From Caecitellus pseudoparvulus (taxonomy: Eukaryota > Protista > Bigyra: Bicosoecida): 64,000 nt of DNA. The stretch lies in the NCBI GenBank assembly GCA_965644315.1, contig CBFFRQ010000019.1, positions 124,001 to 188,000 on the forward strand. The letters are read 5' to 3'. The notes beneath the pieces were generated by a model. That model ran no database searches. It was not told where the DNA came from and saw only the letters and a list, made by a program, of their open reading frames with translations. Numbering within the stretch: position 1 is the stretch's first letter; every line of letters starts with the position of its first letter. The position numbers and the translations under genes are program-made. Shown here in pieces: positions 30,801 through 38,400 of the stretch.

Positions 30801-32901
30801 CAAAGACGCCTTTCAAGCGCCGCGCCACAGCACCTTTCCCTTGAAGCGGCCACATCCGATCCAAGATGCTCGCTCCGCGCGAGGAAACCAAAGCACATAA
30901 GCGAGCTGGGTGGACGCCAGCGGAACCGCCGCCACCCTGCTTTGCTTTGGGGAACACGACACGCGTCACTTCTCCTGTTGCAGCGTCAAGGTCGGCGCCT
31001 TCAATGACCTCAACTGCCTCCCCGCTGTCATCACCTTCATCCCAACTCAACCTGGACTCTCGCTCGCGAGTTGCTGCAGAGCTGTGCAGCAGGGAATCTG
31101 TGCTTGTAGAGGTGTTTGCTGCCGCCTGAAGTGGGGGCAGCCGTCCGGGTCGCCCGCCCAGGTCGGCTACCACACCTGAGCGGCTTAGGGTCTGAGAACC
31201 ACGTGTGCTCAAGCTCTCAGGCAGCCCCAGGCCATACCCCAGCTGCGCTGGCGGATGCTCCAGAGAACGAGCGTAGTCGTACGCGGCAAGGCATGCGAGC
31301 ACGTCCGTGGCCAGCGGATCTCTCGTGGGATCCTCGCTCCCAGCGCTCCCCTCACTGACCTGCATGTCAATGATGAAGCCAGCCAGCAGTTCTGTGGCGT
31401 CTCTCCGCCAGCCTTCGCTCAAAACGTCCATGCCTTGTTCCACAGAAGCTTGCACACGCCGAACCAGCTGCGGCAGGGCGAGTGGCAATGCTCCGGCAAA
31501 CGACGGACCCGCGACGTCGACAAGCCGAACTGCGCGGTACCCGGCGTCTGGCTTCCACAACAGGTTCCACAACTGGCCCATGATGCGCTCCCCGCAGTGT
31601 GTCCGGGTGGCAAACGCCAATGCACGCAGAGGCACTGCGCCCAAAGCAACACCACAGTCACCTCTGGTCACAGGCGGGCGGGGAACAAAGCGAGTTGCTT
31701 CGATCGTGTACAAGTGAAGACCAAAGTGAGCGGATGGGTCAGGTGACAGCAAGGCATACTCCAGCATGGCCCGCTTGACAGCTGTAAAGTACTGCGCCTC
31801 GGCCTCCTCCATCATGTTCTCCACCATGCGAGCCGGATCGAATGTCCCTGGGCCCGCCAAGCTGCCCATGCTGACGGACTGCAGTGGAGAGAGGTGTGAC
31901 GTCGGTCGAACTTCTTCGCCCTCCTCTGTGAGCCAGGTTCGCCGAGGGCCCTCGGTGATGCCCAAGCGGTCCAGAATGCCAGCCTCCCACACAGGGTTCC
32001 AAGGCGCCAGCCCCTCGGATGAAATGACGCTGTCAACCACCCGCCAATATGCGCTGATTGCCTCCTCGTGCACTGCATCTCGAGTCCGTGGGGTGAGGCT
32101 TGCGTACACATTACCGTCTTGCGTTGCTGCGGAAACTGCGTCTGCAGCAGGGGCGGTGGTGTGTGACTTGCCACCTCCTCCCGGCGTTTCTTCACCTTCA
32201 ACTTCAAACTCCCACACCAAGGACCGAGGCTTGGGCTCGGGCTTGCTCCCCGTGGATCGTGACAGGAACCCCCCTGATCTGTGCGGAACAGGTGATACTC
32301 CCAACGTCCCAGTGCTGCTTGAGGCTGCGAGAGCCCGACCTTGACTCGCACGGCGCCTTCGCGTTGGAGCGGGTGACGCCCTTCCAGGGGCGGGGAGAGG
32401 CGCAACCCGACGGCTGAGGAGGTCTCTCAGCTTGGCCAGAGTCAATCCCTGGGCAGTGAGGGTGTAGTTTCTCCCAATGCGGTCCACCCGAGAAGCAGCC
32501 TCCGCTTCAGAGACAGAGCTGAAGGTGCGCTTCCGCAAGTCAGCCAAGTGCAGGGCATCTTGTGCAGCAGCACTCGCAGCGTGCGGGTAGCGCTTCAGAG
32601 GCGATGAGGCACGGCCCCAAGCAGCACCAGTGCCAAAGTGTGTGGCAGACAGGGGCTGTAGCGTCCGCTGGTTTGCCCCGGAGCGCCCGGGAAGGGCGCC
32701 AGTGGAGCGGCTGCCGTGCATGGCGTTTCGATGCGAAACGCGCTGCTCCCTGCCGCACTGATCGCGTGGAGTAGAGCCCCACAGGCCAAATCGTACCAAG
32801 GGAGCGCGCCTCCTTGAAAAGGAGGGTGGGTGCATTCGAGACGCATGTGGATGGCGCTCAGTATTGCCTGGCGGACGTGGGTTGCGAGTCGAAACGATCA
32901 T
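18844..32901 (-). CDS. Axonemal dynein heavy chain, single-headed inner-arm type (DNAH3/7/12-like); intronless
   Basis: Continuous ~4.6-4.7k-aa ORF. AAA1 GGAPEGPAGTGKTET, AAA2 GMPWSGKS, AAA3 GPTGTGKS, AAA4 GVGGSGRQ, stalk/MTBD and C-terminal WIRRGVALLLQLND. The true start may be ATG 32901, 32835 or 32721. Confidence 0.96.
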   Translation of the reverse strand: MIVSTRNPRPPGNTERHPHASRMHPPSFSRRRAPLVRFGLWGSTPRDQCGREQRVSHRNAMHGSRSTGALPGRSGANQRTLQPLSATHFGTGAAWGRASSPLKRYPHAASAAAQDALHLADLRKRTFSSVSEAEAASRVDRIGRNYTLTAQGLTLAKLRDLLSRRVAPLPAPGRASPAPTRRRRASQGRALAASSSTGTLGVSPVPHRSGGFLSRSTGSKPEPKPRSLVWEFEVEGEETPGGGGKSHTTAPAADAVSAATQDGNVYASLTPRTRDAVHEEAISAYWRVVDSVISSEGLAPWNPVWEAGILDRLGITEGPRRTWLTEEGEEVRPTSHLSPLQSVSMGSLAGPGTFDPARMVENMMEEAEAQYFTAVKRAMLEYALLSPDPSAHFGLHLYTIEATRFVPRPPVTRGDCGVALGAVPLRALAFATRTHCGERIMGQLWNLLWKPDAGYRAVRLVDVAGPSFAGALPLALPQLVRRVQASVEQGMDVLSEGWRRDATELLAGFIIDMQVSEGSAGSEDPTRDPLATDVLACLAAYDYARSLEHPPAQLGYGLGLPESLSTRGSQTLSRSGVVADLGGRPGRLPPLQAAANTSTSTDSLLHSSAATRERESRLSWDEGDDSGEAVEVIEGADLDAATGEVTRVVFPKAKQGGGGSAGVHPARLCALVSSRGASILDRMWPLQGKGAVARRLKGVFASGATLLSKQLHELVMSGIAEFEQLLSRYETDEAIVCGEGGQPAAAFASRTQARVLPCLRLSLEVDLGRDAATGAPPSERSRNLEELNISADSIEDVDITGKPVLGRAVQSLWVGSVSIVFSPSPETVVDTLQGTLSHLLAAAQGIPRPEVEIEGDGSDGEDDDVATSPSGPHSSRTLSAVATDDERVLAVKEQIKRVVHAHMVGPRSLRSRFDKFRGLFEQTKQAELLAIAQADPRSALKLVQEAIQELDATIADIEGLCGDIVDFGFFSLSTVQAKEVLVARVRLLSTSLLHQIKTNALAAIQAMNARYAFLSSTLLTQPTDSGELVRLSEFAARVFDDLAVMQKATYSANGVSACLRFLHSEGLVRELRRSTPGAGAAMGAAAGLPASSASEDRTGAANRQASRGRRRGGVKALPHIPSIVFAHSEALAVRDLLSWPEQVKEDLEACRLTLDKEKEGLVAQVAGQAAEFERRLESAAAQVDRLSAEGSMIHVVELNSRIADLGKALHVAMDEAANLAVQQERLQLPVVEYPTRIRELSDALGPFERLWKSVSEYLDARQVWYSKSLSDIDTSAAERTAEALKLAAIRVAKELPEDAEGPIAVARKMRGEVEVFLTRHAPLMALLANPGLKPRHWDDMEAIVGMTLPRDSASPLEAFLRLGLDSHVGAIEETCVNASKEHNLERALERMMDDWVPVKLDLKPHKDTGTYILSSATADELQLLLDDHIIKATTMQASRFARPLEARIKKWISSLNRVQAVLDEWLKVQSSWLYLEPIFSSDDIMRQMPSEAEHFATVNATWRTTMKGAVADPRALHVMEQAGLLEKLQEANALLDAISKGLNAYLETKRLFFPRFFFLSNDELLEILAETKDPLRVQRHMKKCFEGIAALDFADNLDILGMESPEGEVVALSPQLGGGFINPQAAGGAVEVWLLQVEEAMRRSVARCMDDAIKAYKTADRRSSWAISWSAQSVLGASQMWWTQEVEAAIHAGGAAKVKEYARQCTEQLQDIIMLVRGKLEKLQRKVLSTLMVLDVHSRDVTVALAEKGVSSPYDFEWNSQLRYYWADDGVSAKTGRPHSMCMRMINAEMKYAGEYLGAAGRLVITPLTDRCYRTLIGALYLDLGGAPEGPAGTGKTETVKDLAKSAGMMCVVYNCSDQLDAAAMAKFFKGLAASGAWACFDEFNRIQLEVLSVIAQQILTIQLAKRAGKDMFVFEGTELKLTRTANCFITMNPGYAGRAELPDNLKALFRSVAMMVPDYAMIATIILYSNGYLEAEPMARKIVTTYKLCSEQLSSQDHYDYGMRAVMAVLRAAANLKRVEGHLPEAELVLRSIVDVNLPKFLAHDIPLFNGIVSDLFPSVEVTPPDRQALTQAIVDACRGMGLQPHAYLLEKVLQVYEMMIVRHGFMLVGMPWSGKSTGVKVLSRAMELLSQRQPDEGWQRIVPVVLFPKAVTMGQLYGENDEVTQEWRDGVLSRHFRQCAEGKIGAAGDRTWVLFDGPVDAIWIENMNTVLDDNKKLCLMSGEIVAMSDTMSMVFETKDLASASPATVSRCGMVYLEPVSVGWRPLLSSWLQHFAEDNPSFPFKAARKWDAAAVEREGQAALAGTHEPGLLEDSRPFTLHTDDACTIQRVLELLVDPLLTFLRKADIQEYVPTQDMSLVSSVLAVLECLLALNESALSKSRAAQGKGKAPSATAGVYTVGGMEVSAQERLEPRDWEALVLFSMVWGMASSVRSSAREKVEAFVTQIVSDPGSVEAHPLFTFIQLRGWSRGAAGVEHGSLEGAWPSACPLYDSWYDLGSHKWRSWSAALPEYDIAPDAAFADIIVPTKASVQFEHMVSLLVTHRKQALVVGPTGTGKSAYMRRLLLKGLPADAYQPVFVSFSARTSAAATQAIVDEKAERRRKGVYGPRPGVTATVFVDDLNLPEPEVYGAQPPLELLRQLVDQGGWYDMVELSFRQFEDTMLLAAMAPPDGGRNHISPRVTRHFNILAWPDFDDSTLADIFSTILGWHFATPGWSAEVAGLVSAVVSATKTVFSHAVKTLRPTPAKSHYTFNLRDFSRVVQGVAMATPRTVPDSKALARLWTHEACRVFGDRLVDGADRAWFATEVNSVVREAFGHRLGSITPHFGDMKVALAASSQQDAHQTETEQLNAEDLRLLLWGQYATAKGEYGEASDATELVAGLEECLTEYNATSKSKMDLVMFLFFIEHVSRVARVLAMPGGHALLVGVGGSGRQCAARLACSMASARLEVVELTKSYSEEEWRDDLKRVLMEAGTGQGDVVFFFSDTQIKWPGMVEDLSNILNAGEVPNLFGAEDRPEILEKTAAIARQAGMGRDLAPGELWALFVSRCKMQLHVVLAMSPIGSAFRERLRKFPSLVNCCTVDWFTAWPEDALSAVAVKHLKDLSIVQAAEDCDVTEQSRKSALLLTLTQLCQTFHRSARAASERFGEELKRYVYVTPTSYMELLSQFVKSLGATQAKVAKARDRYLAGLTQLEVATQSVNELRTQLEALQPTLVQSQADTAAIMVDIEAKLPGVEETRAVVNKEAEAANADAAIVQGQKDECEADLAEAIPVLESALAALNTLTKKDFDTIRAYQKPPGKVKLALEAVCVMLAEKPDRIKDPEGGTKKVDDYWAPAKRLLGDVKSFMSRLRDYDKDSIPPAIMSTLRSKYIPNPDFDPAIVKSASEAAAGLASWCHAMDKYDRVAKVVAPKRAALAEAEAQLSVKMAALEKQQARLAAVEADLAELQGAFEAADTRKADLEREVELTKLKLLRAEQLISGLGGEKARWTDAASDLQRSYDALTGDVLVSSGIISYLGAFNIEFRRQVVLGWVSHVSDAGLSVSATPGVLPQGATEFVYPEDDGTGPGIEEFSLSSVLGDAITIRDWQLQGLPTDSFSADNAVIVANARRWPLLIDPQGQANKWVKNMERGRSLRVVKLTDSGFLRTLENAIQLGLPVCLENVGEELDPALEPILLRQVFKVGGTEYIRLGDANVEYDSGFSLFITTKLRNPHYLPEVSTKVTLLNFMITPAGLQDQLLGTVVEQERPDLAAEKARLLVEGAENTRSLAELEDRILEVLSREGNILEDETAISVLNESKELSNDIMQKQAVAAKTEAAIDETRAGYVPVAAHASRLFFCISDMGSVDPMYQYSMNWFSGLFLSSIAGSKRSDNLATRISNLNDHFTFSLYTNICRSLFERHKLLFSFLLTVRIMQGRGDVDPAEWFFLLTGGVAVGQNEFPNPAPQWLPEKSWGELCRLSELSTFRGLRADVESDPDAWRRLYDSEMPHQADLPGRWGQLGFLTRLQKIIVLRCIRPDKVLVAVQEFVGASMGERFLTPPPFDLAASHADSSASQPLIFVLSPGSDPMAELLAFAATVGVSVEPISLGQGQGPKAEALIAQARKVGSWVVLQNCHLAVSWMPRLERICEDLADAASGAGEAAAAGQLPPHPKFRLWTTSYPSADFPLSMLQNGVKMTLEPPAGLRNNLRRSYLSDPISNPEFFNGVKNGQAFRRMLFGLAFFHALVQERREFGPLGWNIPYEFNESDLRISVQQLAIFLDDPNYTRTAPGQPAGPGAIPYAALTYLTGQCNYGGRVTDDKDRRALMSLLKVAYCPEVHTPGHALDPTGSWCTPGPDVASHEEYLAFIDTLPGVAQPAAFGLHSNANLSKDQRETTALFDDVLVTERGKGGTGGAGSGASGQRREDMVAGVAADILSKLRLEYDLEAVAAKFPVDWAESMNTVLTQELARFNRLLSLVHSSLAAVQKAMSGLVLMSGALEELSDDLFFGRVPAMWRARSYPSLKPLGGFVTDLAARLDFFDAWFASGTPCKFWISGFFFTQSFLTGALQNFARKYTVAIDEVEFNVDMLKQDQQGINQPPVDGVYVHGMFLDGARWDKAGGVLAESTPKVLFSSAPVMWLQPAHQSDLKEYQHYACPMYVTSERRGVLRTTGHSSNFVMVVKVPSRHDQHHWIRRGVALLLQLND

Positions 32902-32945
32902 GACCCCCCCCAATCACCTGCAGGCTGGGCGTGCATTGACAGACC

Positions 32946-35085
32946 TCACACGAACTTTGCAATGGCCTCATGCAGGGACTGGCACTCGCTGGCATAGTTG
33001 ATGGGCGTCATCCTGACGACACTTGTGCGAGTGCGCTCTTCGTCGTTGACGCGCTCAACCTTCACCTTGAGCGTGAACAGCCACTGGGTGAACAGAGGCT
33101 TGTCGAAGGTGCTGTTCCAAGCCGGGTCTGCGATCTCTGCACCTTCTACAGCTCCGCCGGGGGGAATTGACGCGGCGTACATGGCGTGCATCTCAGTCGC
33201 ACTTTTGCCCAGCAGTACCTCGGCCGTCTCGTTGAAGCAAGTGGCGTACACAGTGCCCGTTTCGTCCCCGAGCCCCACGTTCAGGACGTACCTCCACTCA
33301 GGTTCACTGTGACGCTTCCCTGTGCGTTCGTCAATCCAAGTGCCGTCGCCTGCATCTGTCAACTTCTTGTACGTCTTCCGGCCAGTCTCGTCTGCATCTG
33401 GGTTGGCAGGATACCAGGGGGGGCGCTCCACCTTGTGCGAGACGAACGTAATGTGCGCTTTGACGGTGATGAAGTCACCTCGGTCCCCCGCGCCGAGGCC
33501 TTCGTCTTGAATGGCGCTGATGGGCTTTCGGGACTCAAGGGAGGTGGAGGCAGACACGCCTGCCCCACCACGCACGCTGAGGGCCGTCACATCTGCTCGT
33601 GCCCCCCCTGCCTCTGCCCACTGCCGCAAGGGGGCTTCCTCCGGAATGCCTTCGTTGATGAGCACAGTGCTGGAAGCGTACGTTGACAGACTGCGCCCAC
33701 TGTAGTCGCCCAGCTTGCACCCCTTCAATGCGATGATAGCGTTGGTGAACGTCTCAGATGGCTGGCGAGCCTTTTCCCCCCACAGTGTCAAGGTGATGGA
33801 AGCGCTGCTCGAATCCACAAGGGTTAAGTCCCGCTTGTCCACCTCTTTGCCGGCCTTGGTTGTGATGCTCACAACCTCCTGCACCTCCTGCACGTACCCC
33901 AGCACGTCGACCGTTGAGTTCGCAGGCATGTCCGCCAGCTTTGCAATGGGCACAAACTCAAAGTGGTGCTGGGCAATCTTTCCTGCGTCTTCCGCAGGTT
34001 CAATGACGGCCCGGTCGTCAAACGTGATTTCGTAGTCGTTGTTGACGGACGTGTACCGCCGGTTGGCCCGCTTCAGCTTGCCGTTCCCGAAGTAGTACAC
34101 CTGCCCCTCTTGCAGCATGGGGAAAAACTTGTCCACTGCATCCCGGAAGAAGGTAGCGCGGATCTCCGAAGCATACTCGTCCAGGAGCTCAATACCGAAC
34201 AGCTTGCCCTCGCCCTTGGCGTTGGACCATGTGCGGATGTCCCCCTTGCTCGTCACGCGGGCCTTGATCGTCCACTTGTTGGAGTAGGGGTTCAAGCTTG
34301 CAATGGGCTGGTGAGCACGTGCAGCCCCAGTGGGCACGACTGCACCAGAGGCAGCAGCCCCGGGCGTGCTCGAGGGGGCCGGGCCAGCGCTTGCTGCAAC
34401 TGCCGCGCCAGACGCGCCGCTCTGCGCACAAGAGGGGCCAGGGACGAGTGCCGAGCACACCGGCAACTGTGCACGTGGCGGAGAAGCACGCACTGCTGAC
34501 CAAGCAACTGGGTTGCCGATTTGCGCTCCCGTTGGCGGCGCAGCCACAGTCATGGCCGTGATGATCAACAGCCTGCTTGGGGGAGCGGAAATCGGTGCAG
34601 CGCCGGTGGGCACTTGCCTGGCATGGCCTCCTCACTTTCGCCCCTGCAGCTCCTGCACCAGGCACTGCTGCACCTGAACCAAACAGTACTGGCACACAGC
34701 CTTGGACGAACAAAGCTGTGCAATGAGGGCACGCTCGCAGGTACACCTCATGCCACTGAAGCACGCCAATTCAAATGCATGCGCGCCAGGTGGGTGGACG
34801 GGCAACGCCAGAGGCAGCAAACGCACTTCGTTCAAGCTTGAGGTCACCATGCCAAGCACAGTGTGCGTCCCATCAGACAGCAGAATCCTGAGCCGCGGAA
34901 GTACTTCCAACCGTGCTTGAGCACGGCCTGCACAGATCAAACGCCAAACCCACGCACTTGTGCCGGTCCCCGCCGCTGGCAGTTGACCCTGTGTTGACCT
35001 TGCGCACATCCAGAACTTGCAGAGTGGGGGTTATGCCAGGTGTCTGGGCAATAAGGGCTGCGATTGCCCCACTTGTGATCGACAT
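32946..35085 (-). CDS. RPA1: Replication protein A 70-kDa subunit
   Basis: Exons 35085-34958, 34887-34827, 34715-34636 and 34572-32946 with GT-AG introns. N-terminal OB fold (LQVLDVRKV..ILLSDG), DBD-A PIASLNPYSNKWTIKARVTSKGDIRTWSNAKGEGKLF, DBD-B and DBD-C. Confidence 0.95.
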
Positions 35086-35112
35086 GGTCCTGCCTTGCTC
35101 GGATCAATGCGA

Positions 35113-35125
35113 GTGCGGAAGTTGG
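35113..35125 (-). promoter_or_regulatory. Candidate promoter motif (C)AAYTTCCGCAC upstream of RPA1
   Basis: Reads ccaacttccgcac on the sense strand ~28 nt before the ATG. Near-identical motifs lie upstream of ribA (18552-18564), RAB1 (11326-11336) and BPNT1 (61229-61238). Confidence 0.45.
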
Positions 35126-35480
35126 CTCTGCACTTGATCAAGAGCCCTGCTCCGCAAGTTTGCAATGACTAGTCTTAAAGCAGATTTGCTCTGCAGATGA
35201 GAAAGTGGTTCTCTGTTTAGGGGATTTGTGGTTTGAATTTGTGCAGAAGTTGAGCATGCTTCCAAAACAGGTTGGCTGATGACTTTTCACCCGCTCTCAC
35301 AGGCAATCATGGCTTTGCACTGGCGGAATGGGCAAGCCATGCACCAAGATTGCGCCAGGTGCACCCACTCCCACTCCAAGCACTGGAGCTTGTCTTAATG
35401 CGCAACACAGAGTGCTGTCCAAGGGCAGGCTAGCCGTTCAGCTTGCATGCTGGAACTCCTCGCCACAGCAGAAAACCACT

Positions 35481-38400
35481 TCACCGACCTCCGCGCAACG
35501 GGGACACCACTGTAGCAAGCGGAACTTTGGTGGTCTGCACTGCCTCCACCTCTGGCTTGGTCCCAAACCAACCCATACGCCGCCCCACCACACCCAAAGC
35601 CACGATTGCCACCACAAACAGCACCACTCCAACAGCCACACCGGCGGCACCTCCAGCACTCAGCCCTCCGGACGTGGAGCTAGACGACCCACCCCCTCCT
35701 GCACCTTGGGGACCACCTGAAGCTGTTGGCGACGCTGTACTTGTCCCGAAAGAAGGCAGGGAAGAGGGGGCAATAGAAGGCGTTGTGCTGGCTGATGGAA
35801 GAATAACAGGACTTGATGATGGCGAGATGGCCGCGGAGACAGATGGAGAAACAGACGGGCTCACACTGGCAGTTGCAGTAACTGAGGCCGTCACTGACGG
35901 AGTCGCATACGGTGACACTACCACGGATGCGGACGCAGAAGGTGACGCTGATGGAGACACAGAGGGTGACGCCGATGGCGACGCTGACGGCAACGGCGCC
36001 GGCACCGTCCCCATCATATCAGTCACTCCCACGCCCCCTGTCACGACTCCGTCCCCATCACCACCCTCCACACGCGCAAGACAATCCAACCACGCCCCAT
36101 GCTCCACCTCAACACCGCATGGAGCGTCGCCCCCAACTGCCACAGACTGAGACGCGTTCGCAGGGCCCACCTCCACACGCATGCGGCACGTGCCACGCCA
36201 GACGGGCGACCCCAGACGCTCCGTCAAGACATACTGCACCTTCGACGCTCGGCCCCGCAGCACCATACACGCAGACCTGCCGCCTCCACATGCACTGTGC
36301 AGCACCCGCTCAGACAATGGCACACCCTGGCCAGCGCCTGTGTACCAGGCCTGCAGCGTGTCCCTGATGGTCTGCAGGTACGCTTGTGGCGCGGCCGGGC
36401 TGCACGCCTCCTCCGTCAAGCGCACCTGCACGTACGGCAAGAGCGACCACACAGTGGTGGCACCAGGCGTCAACCAGCTCAAACAAGACGCCGCCTCCGC
36501 ACATGCTGCCGGCGCGACCTGCACACCCCCCGCCCACGGCAAGCCCAACCCACTCCCCGACAGGGACGGCAGCTCCACACCTGGCACCTTGGCCACCCAG
36601 TGGCTGGAGCGGAAGGTCACCCCCGGCACACTGCCGATCGTGCTCGTAGATGTCGTGCCGCTCGTCATGCTCGCGCTGTCGTCCACAGCCTGCCTGTTGG
36701 GGTACAGCACGAGGCCCTCGTCGTCGTCGCCCAGGGCGTCCGTCACAGCAGACACCACCCGGTCGCAAACGCCCCCAGCCCGACCCCACACAGAGCCAGC
36801 AAACCCGCACAGCAGCGACTTCGCCTCCCGCAGCGCAGGGCTTCCCGGCAGCTCCGCCACATGCACACCTCGCAACAAGGGGAAGCTGTCGCCGTCCACT
36901 CGCACCTGCGCCGACGCCAACATGCTCCCGTACGACAACCACTTCACCCACGCCTGCACATCGCCAGGCAGCCCAGATGCTGGAAACGTACCCACACGAC
37001 TCTGGCCATGTGTAGCTGCTCCAACGTTCACCGGCGCCCCCCCCTGCGTCCACAGCTCAAGCACAGACGCCCCCCCGACGCTGACGTTGGGCAGCAGCGA
37101 CACACCAGTCTGGCCGCGGGCTGCACCCGAGTCCGACACTCCCAGCACGAGCTCCCCTGCGAGCTGCAGCGGCTGCTGCGTCACAGACTGTGTGCTGGGC
37201 AATAGCACCCGCACCTCCACTTGCAACGCGCCCGCTCGACTCCACCTCGACGCAGCCTCCCGTGCAAGCTGCAACAAGGCCTTGCGCGACACGCTGGTGG
37301 AGCCTGCGATGCCCCAGCTCACGCTCGGCAGCAGGCCCACCGCCAACGGACGCATCGCAGACCCTGCATCAGGCACGAACACCGTCCCACTCACGCCCAC
37401 TTGCTGCGGACACGCTGGCCCTGCCCCCGACATGCTGTCACATGGCATCTTCGCCTGCACCTCCACCACCGGTAAACCCAAGGCACTCTGCCCCGGGCTC
37501 GCTGCCGCTGTCACGTACAGTGCGCTGGAGCTCGCATTCACCTCCGGCGCTTGCAACTCCTGCATGGTGCCTCGCAGCCCCGCCGCAACGATGATCGCGC
37601 CAGCGGTGCTGTCCAGCAGCAAACTCGCCTGCAGCAGCAGTGGCCGCAGTGGCAGCGTGGCAGTCAGGTGGTTGTATGGCAGCAGCGGCAGCACAGGGTA
37701 CTTGAACGCGTCCACACGCACCATGGGCTTCGACGGCGCGTCCCACGACACCGAATCGCGTGTGCCGCCTGCCACCACCTGCCCAACACACATGGAGCCA
37801 AACGACACGCCGGTCGCGTTACAGTCCGCCGGCATGGCGCCAGGTGCACAGGCGCCCCGCATGGCCACCAAGACAGACCCCGATGGCGTGCACAATGGCT
37901 TCTGGAAGTACTCGCCGATGCAAGCGCTGTGGAAGTTGGGCCACAACAACGCTGCGCCGTTGCCTGTCCGGCGGTTGGCGATGTACGTTGCCAGTGGAGT
38001 CGCGTCAAACACTGGCCCCAGACCAGACACAGCCAGCCACGGCACCCACATGTTGTCAAAAGGGTTCACCGTTGGTGGCAGCTCCGCGGGCGTGCGGTAC
38101 TTCTGCTGCTTCGCAAGCACCTTCACCTCACCGTCACTGGCGCCTGCATGTGCCAAGTGCTCCTGAATCGCCAACCGCAACGCAGCTGCAGGCGGCATCG
38201 TCGGCTCTGTGGAATTCTTCACGCGCTTCCACAGCCACTCGGCAGTGGCTTCTGCAGCGCCACCAGCATCGGACGCCTGCACCGACACGCCGTTCTGCGA
38301 CACCGCCTCCTGCAAACCGCCCGCATCCAACTCGCCCTCACCACGCACGGCCAGGATCACAGCGCCACCATTCCGCACATCCGCCACATCAACACTCAGG

